DNA from: an uncultured Erysipelotrichaceae bacterium
Lineage (GTDB): Bacteria > Bacillota_I > Bacilli_A > RF39 > UBA660
Reading direction: 5' to 3'
Assembly: GCA_902801685.1 (NCBI GenBank)
Contig: CADCIZ010000001.1
Location: forward strand, 1-60,610
DNA length: 60,610 bases
Part shown: positions 55,973-60,610 of the stretch, one piece after another
Position numbering within the stretch: the stretch's first letter is position 1
Layout of the letters: every line of letters starts with the position of its first letter
Position numbers and translations under genes: made by a program
Notes under the pieces: generated by a model
What the model saw: the letters and a program-made list of their open reading frames with translations, nothing else
Database searches by the model: none
What the model was told of the DNA's origin: nothing

Positions 55973-58117
55973 TTAATCACCAAAGAAATCATCAAAGAAT
56001 TGATCATCAGTTACTCCTCCATCTTGTTTTTCTTTTATACTAGATTCTTCAGGAGTAATAACCTCTTTAACATCTGCTTCAATAACTTTTTTAGATTCAT
56101 CACTGTTCTTTTTATCCTCAATTTTATTTTCCGATTTTTGTTCTTGTTCTTTTCTCTCTTCTTCTTCAAGTTCAGCAATCTTCGCATCAATTCTTTTTAC
56201 CATTTCATCTATATTAAATGAATTATTATTAGGCTTTGCTGAACCTCCACCAAATGGATTTGAACTCATCCCACCTAGTCCCGGAGGCATTCCATTCATT
56301 CCAGGAAGGCCAGGTAATCCTGAAAACCCACTAGGCATCCCACCAAATCCACCAAGTGGTAATCCTCCACCAGGATTAGAACCGCCAGAGCCTAACATAT
56401 TATTAATTTTATCTTCTCTTTTTTTCTCAACAAAACCTTTTAAATCAAAGACCTTTACGGGTAATTTTTCATGTACTGGATATGTTGCCTTTGGATAATT
56501 AACACCCCAATCCATTTGAAAATTAGGTGTTAGTTTTGTTTTAAAAGGCATCATACGAATTCTAAGTACAATAGTTTCCCACATCTTCATACGTTGCAAA
56601 TCACTTACCGTAACAAGTGGTGTTGATGAAGTTTTCTCTTTTTCTTTCGATTTAACCTCACCACACATTTTACTAATTTCTTCAAGCGCGGAAAGTTCTG
56701 AACTTATTAAGTAAATGATATTTCCACAGTTACCTTTAATAGTTTCACCATTTTCTTTACCATAAACTTCATATAGTTGCGCAAAGTTCTGAATAATAAA
56801 GGTAAATCTAATATTTCTTGAACGAGCAGCAGTAACCATAGTTGTAACATCTTTTAAAGGAGGCATATTAGCAAACTCATCTAGAATAAAATTAGTTCTA
56901 TGAGGTAATTTTCCACCACTTTCTTGCGCAACAGATATTAATGTTTCATAACATTGTTTTAAGAAAATTGTAACTAATGCGTGATAAGTTTTCTTCTCAT
57001 CTTGAATAACTATAAATACCGCTGTCTTTTTTCTACCTACATCACGCATATCAAAGTCATTATGCGCAAGCATCTCAGACAAGTTTTCACGAGAAGCAAA
57101 TAACTTTATTTTTTGTTTAAATACTGATAATATACTTCCTCTAGTTTCATTTGGAGCCATGATTGTACTAGATGCATTAACATAAGCAGGGCTAGCAGGA
57201 TCTTTATAACTAAAATATTCATTAACATACTTAGTATTACCAATCTTTTCTTCACCAACAGTAGTCATTAAGTTAATACTATTTAGGTTAATTTCTTCCT
57301 CTGCAGCATCTTCAAATAATCCTAATGATAAACCAGCAAAATAATCAGCAGAAGTATTTTCCCAAAATGGATCTTGTCCCTTAGACGATTCATCATAAAG
57401 AATATTTTTAGCAAGGTCATCTAATAACTCATTTGCTTTATCTTGATTCCCATTTTGATAAAAAGAATAAGGTAGACTCATAGGATTCCAAGAATTTCCT
57501 TGTTGTGGATCACGGAAATTTAAAAGAACTATGTTATAACCTAAATCTCTTAACATCTCAGATGTATCTTCATATATTTCACCTTTAGGGTCAGTTATAA
57601 TCATTGATTCATCGTGTTTACAAAGTAATTGAACCATAGGAAGAACTGTAGTCTGTGTTTTACCTGCACCAGTAGAACCTATGACTAAATTATGATAACC
57701 TCCATCATCTACCCAAGCTTCTTTTTCATTCATAATAATAGGAATACCCGCTGCATCATTATGTTTTGCCTTAGGATCAACTTTCTTTAACTCTGCTTTC
57801 ATTTCTTTATCTTTAGCCCAGCGAGAGTAATTCTTTTCCTTTTTCGCACCTACTTCAAAACCAATTCCAGTACTACGGTCAAATATATACGACTTAACAC
57901 TTATTAACCCAATAATTATTCCGAGTAAAAATAGTGCGATTGTCATCATAAACATAACACCATTAGTAAACACTAAAAATATATTAGCAGTAAATGGTTC
58001 TTCCTCTACAAATGCATTAATATTAATAACTAAAAGTTGTACAACAATAAACCAAACAACAGAAAAAATGCAAAAAATCATTAAATCTTTGGGTTCAACT
58101 CTTAACCTTAGTTTCAT
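55973..58117 (-). CDS. Type IV secretion coupling protein (VirD4/TraG/TraD family) with a Gly/Pro-rich, acidic C-terminal tail
   Basis: Two N-terminal TM helices; VIGSTGAGKTQT (Walker A), IITDPKGE, FILDEFANMPPL (Walker B) and FIIQNFAQL. The tail is GGSNPGGGLPLGGFGGMPSGFSGLPGLPGMNGMPPGLGG...DDQFFDDFFGD. Confidence 0.8.
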   Translation of the reverse strand: MKLRLRVEPKDLMIFCIFSVVWFIVVQLLVININAFVEEEPFTANIFLVFTNGVMFMMTIALFLLGIIIGLISVKSYIFDRSTGIGFEVGAKKEKNYSRWAKDKEMKAELKKVDPKAKHNDAAGIPIIMNEKEAWVDDGGYHNLVIGSTGAGKTQTTVLPMVQLLCKHDESMIITDPKGEIYEDTSEMLRDLGYNIVLLNFRDPQQGNSWNPMSLPYSFYQNGNQDKANELLDDLAKNILYDESSKGQDPFWENTSADYFAGLSLGLFEDAAEEEINLNSINLMTTVGEEKIGNTKYVNEYFSYKDPASPAYVNASSTIMAPNETRGSILSVFKQKIKLFASRENLSEMLAHNDFDMRDVGRKKTAVFIVIQDEKKTYHALVTIFLKQCYETLISVAQESGGKLPHRTNFILDEFANMPPLKDVTTMVTAARSRNIRFTFIIQNFAQLYEVYGKENGETIKGNCGNIIYLISSELSALEEISKMCGEVKSKEKEKTSSTPLVTVSDLQRMKMWETIVLRIRMMPFKTKLTPNFQMDWGVNYPKATYPVHEKLPVKVFDLKGFVEKKREDKINNMLGSGGSNPGGGLPLGGFGGMPSGFSGLPGLPGMNGMPPGLGGMSSNPFGGGSAKPNNNSFNIDEMVKRIDAKIAELEEEERKEQEQKSENKIEDKKNSDESKKVIEADVKEVITPEESSIKEKQDGGVTDDQFFDDFFGD

Positions 58118-58127
58118 AATTCATCTC

Positions 58128-58778
58128 CTAAACTTCCCCCGCCTTTTTAACTCTTCTTCTAATTATAAAAGCAGTAATTAAAATAGTCAATATAGCAAGT
58201 GCAATAATTGCTACTTTAATAGTAAATTCATGCTCATAATTGAATACATATTTGTCTTTATATATCTTTAAGTATATTTTACCATCACTATAACTATTCT
58301 TATCAAAATGCCAAACATACTCATGTTTATTATTTGATATCTTACTAGCATTACTTTCTTTTACAACGTGATTAGTCTTAATAACTATATCTAAACTATC
58401 TAAAAGAACATTATCTTCTTCTGTTGCACATTTAATCCCTTTTGAAGTAGATAGAATATAATAATTTCCATCTTTAGTTACGTTATAAGCATTAAAACAT
58501 GTTTTTAATGTCGTTGATTTAGCATACTCTAAATCATTATATTTATATTTAAAATCAACACTGTTGGTTTTTATTTTTTTATTATACTCAACAAAACTTG
58601 ATGCACCATTCATTATTGCATAAAACTTATTATTTTTAAAATAATTAAGTTCTTCTTTATCAGCACTTATAGAAACATTTTCTTTAAAATCTTTATCTTT
58701 TATTTCCAGTTTATAAACTGCTTTACAACCTGATAAAACAATTATTAAGCTTATAACTAATAAGTATTTAATCTTCAT
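58128..58778 (-). CDS. Lipoprotein with an additional C-terminal TM anchor (T4SS-cluster protein)
   Basis: Lipobox VLSGC. The C-terminal TM VAIIALAILTILITAFII is followed by the basic tail RRRVKK. It shares ..H.WH...-N(Y/S).D.KI.. and the C-terminal anchor with 60204-60596. Confidence 0.5.
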   Translation of the reverse strand: MKIKYLLVISLIIVLSGCKAVYKLEIKDKDFKENVSISADKEELNYFKNNKFYAIMNGASSFVEYNKKIKTNSVDFKYKYNDLEYAKSTTLKTCFNAYNVTKDGNYYILSTSKGIKCATEEDNVLLDSLDIVIKTNHVVKESNASKISNNKHEYVWHFDKNSYSDGKIYLKIYKDKYVFNYEHEFTIKVAIIALAILTILITAFIIRRRVKKAGEV

Positions 58779-58787
58779 GATATCCTC

Positions 58788-60182
58788 CTACTTTTTATGA
58801 CTTAATAAATATGTATATCCATTAAATAAACCACCACCACGATAGTTTCTTACTTCATCTAAGGTATATGTAGTAGTAATAACTTTTATATTGCTTGGAA
58901 CATCTGCTCCATTAACTCCCCCCATGTTCCAACCTTCAGAAATGACAAGAGTACCATCAGAATTTACTTTTTCAACAATTCCTACATGACCATAATTATG
59001 AGTATTTCTTGACCAATTAATAATAGAACCAGGTTTTGCTTTATTAATATCACTACTATATTGAAAGTAACTTAAAGTTGAATTAGTTCCACCATACCAA
59101 TCAATACCATTACCGGATGCTGCAAGCAATACAGATTTAGCTTTTTCTTTTAAATCATCTGTTAGGCTTGATGACTCAACAATTTCTATTGCTCTATATT
59201 TAGCATACCAAGGACATTGTGAAACATTTCCAACAGTCAAATCAAATGTACTTCCTAATTTTTCATAATCACCCTCGATATTATAATTCTTAGTTTGAAA
59301 TGTTATACCATCAGAAGAAACATATTCGCCATCAGCATCATCATCACAAGCAAATAGAGTTGATGAACTATTACCGCTTGATGTTCCAGATGAATTAAGA
59401 CGCGCTAAAGATATGTCATTTCCATAAAACATCTTTAATATTTTTTCAGTGCTTGTCCCTTTTTCAACCTCATATGCAGCTCCAACTGTAGGAATTCCCC
59501 AGTGATGCCCTGAAGATTCATCTGGATATAATAAACCACCAGTATATGAAGAAATTCTAAAAATATCTGCCTCAGGCATTGTATAATCATAGGCAGTTGA
59601 TGGATCATTTGCATCACTCAACATATGAAATGTCCAATTACCATTTGATTTAGTTATATATTGACTAGTAGGAACAGTAACAAAATAACCAGTTACAAAT
59701 TTATTATTTTTCATCATTACAATTCCTGCAGTTTCTTGAGCAGCTTTTAAATATATCTGATCGTAATGATCACTAGGATCTATTCCCCTATAAACCTGAA
59801 AAGAAGGGCTACTTATTACAGAAGTACATCCAGTTTGTGCCATTAAAAAACTTCTAGCAGCAATAGCATTAACTTTACTAATGTTTAACCTATTCTCATC
59901 ATTAGATGCAGAGCCACCAAACTCTCCCTTGATAACACCAGCAACATAATCATCAAGTGAAAGAGTATTCCCGCCAACAGTTACACCACTACATTCAGCA
60001 TATACTGTTCCAATCGTACTACATGTACCACTATTCTTTTCTTCTATAGGATATAAATCATCAAAGAATTCTTTATAATCATATATATCCTGTCTTTCTA
60101 ATTCATATTCAGCAAAAATTTTTGAATTAAAAAGCACAATATTTATCAACAATATGACAAATAATAATCGAAACGCCTTCAT
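58788..60182 (-). CDS. Secreted bifunctional cell-wall hydrolase (SpoIID/LytB-like domain plus CHAP domain)
   Basis: Signal peptide. DDYVAGVIKGEFGG....KVNAIAARSFLM is SpoIID-like. The C-terminal QCPWYAKYRA ... NYGHVGIVEKVNSDGTLVISEGW gives the CHAP Cys/His pair. Confidence 0.7.
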   Translation of the reverse strand: MKAFRLLFVILLINIVLFNSKIFAEYELERQDIYDYKEFFDDLYPIEEKNSGTCSTIGTVYAECSGVTVGGNTLSLDDYVAGVIKGEFGGSASNDENRLNISKVNAIAARSFLMAQTGCTSVISSPSFQVYRGIDPSDHYDQIYLKAAQETAGIVMMKNNKFVTGYFVTVPTSQYITKSNGNWTFHMLSDANDPSTAYDYTMPEADIFRISSYTGGLLYPDESSGHHWGIPTVGAAYEVEKGTSTEKILKMFYGNDISLARLNSSGTSSGNSSSTLFACDDDADGEYVSSDGITFQTKNYNIEGDYEKLGSTFDLTVGNVSQCPWYAKYRAIEIVESSSLTDDLKEKAKSVLLAASGNGIDWYGGTNSTLSYFQYSSDINKAKPGSIINWSRNTHNYGHVGIVEKVNSDGTLVISEGWNMGGVNGADVPSNIKVITTTYTLDEVRNYRGGGLFNGYTYLLSHKK

Positions 60183-60203
60183 AAGACCACCTCTTACATC
60201 ATT

Positions 60204-60596
60204 TTAAACCTTACTGTTTTTTCTTATCTTTTTTATTGTAATTAAAGAACTAACTAGTATTAAAAATATTACTATCGAAACTATAGCAATTGAAGTGTAT
60301 TTTTTTACATTTGATTCCCTAGAAAATTTGATATCAATTTTTAAATCGTTATAATTATCTTGATTAACGTGCCAAATATGCTTACTACCTTTTATTTCAT
60401 CAGCATTAGATTTATAAACTTTGTTTTTAAACTTTATAATAATATCTAATTTTTGATTATTATATAAACAGAAAAAGCCATCATATAACTTAATTGAATA
60501 ATTTTTATCATCTCGATTTAGATCATATTTATGAAAACAAGACATTATAGAATTTGATTTTTTAAAATCACTATAATTATATTTTTGTTTTAGCAC
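60204..60596 (-). CDS. Small C-terminally anchored membrane protein, paralog-like to 58128-58778
   Basis: 130 aa. The C-terminal TM IAIVSIVIFLILVSSLITI is followed by KKIRKNSKV. Confidence 0.4.
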   Translation of the reverse strand: MLKQKYNYSDFKKSNSIMSCFHKYDLNRDDKNYSIKLYDGFFCLYNNQKLDIIIKFKNKVYKSNADEIKGSKHIWHVNQDNYNDLKIDIKFSRESNVKKYTSIAIVSIVIFLILVSSLITIKKIRKNSKV

Positions 60597-60610
60597 AACC
60601 TTTTCATATT

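Noticed and set aside
1-60610. Alternative genetic code (TGA=Trp, Mollicutes-like), considered because of the extreme AT content
   Set aside because: Long ORFs are intact under the standard code. Trp is encoded by TGG throughout (for example in the VR/TR), and TGA is used as a stop (for example in lysS). There is no need to invoke code 4.

Overview
Very AT-rich, standard-code Bacillota (Firmicutes) chromosome segment. Nearly all genes lie on the minus strand. Sporulation-lineage markers are present (spoVG, yabP, yabQ, divIC, a GerQ-like gene). The backbone is housekeeping: rpmF, yceD, tmcAL, pcrA, ackA, lysS, dusB, miaA, queA, gap, clpP, greA, two U32 peptidases, pduL, trxAB, smpB, rnr and rmuC. 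Accessory material is embedded in it. (1) The main result is a complete chromosomal diversity-generating retroelement (DGR) at about 9.24-12.69 kb. Its order on the minus strand is target gene, MutS-domain-I-like ORF, Avd-like ORF, reverse transcriptase, template repeat. The 87-bp TR (9402-9488) and VR (11709-11795) differ at 14 positions, and 12 of these are TR adenines. The diversified protein has a type IV pilin / pseudopilin N-terminus fused to a lectin-like C-terminus. A non-diversified paralog lies 6 kb away, and a third paralog has a dockerin-like N-terminus. (2) A HipA-like kinase gene overlaps the lysS stop codon (ATGA) and is followed by a histidine-phosphatase gene. (3) A candidate type I toxin-antitoxin-like small-ORF / antisense locus sits between dusB and lysS. 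(4) A type IV secretion (conjugation-like) module lies at the right edge: VirD4-type coupling protein, SpoIID+CHAP hydrolase and small membrane proteins. Two dispersed VirB2-like pilin-domain proteins with Cys-rich ectodomains sit among housekeeping genes. (5) Two Rpn/PD-(D/E)XK putative-transposase genes (one frameshifted) are associated with a ~60-bp repeat present in three copies. (6) Several regulatory-looking elements were found: a perfect 28-bp palindrome over a consensus promoter, and a 4-unit iteron-like array. No rRNA, tRNA or CRISPR array was recognised. All calls come from reading the sequence and ORF translations by eye; no database search was possible.
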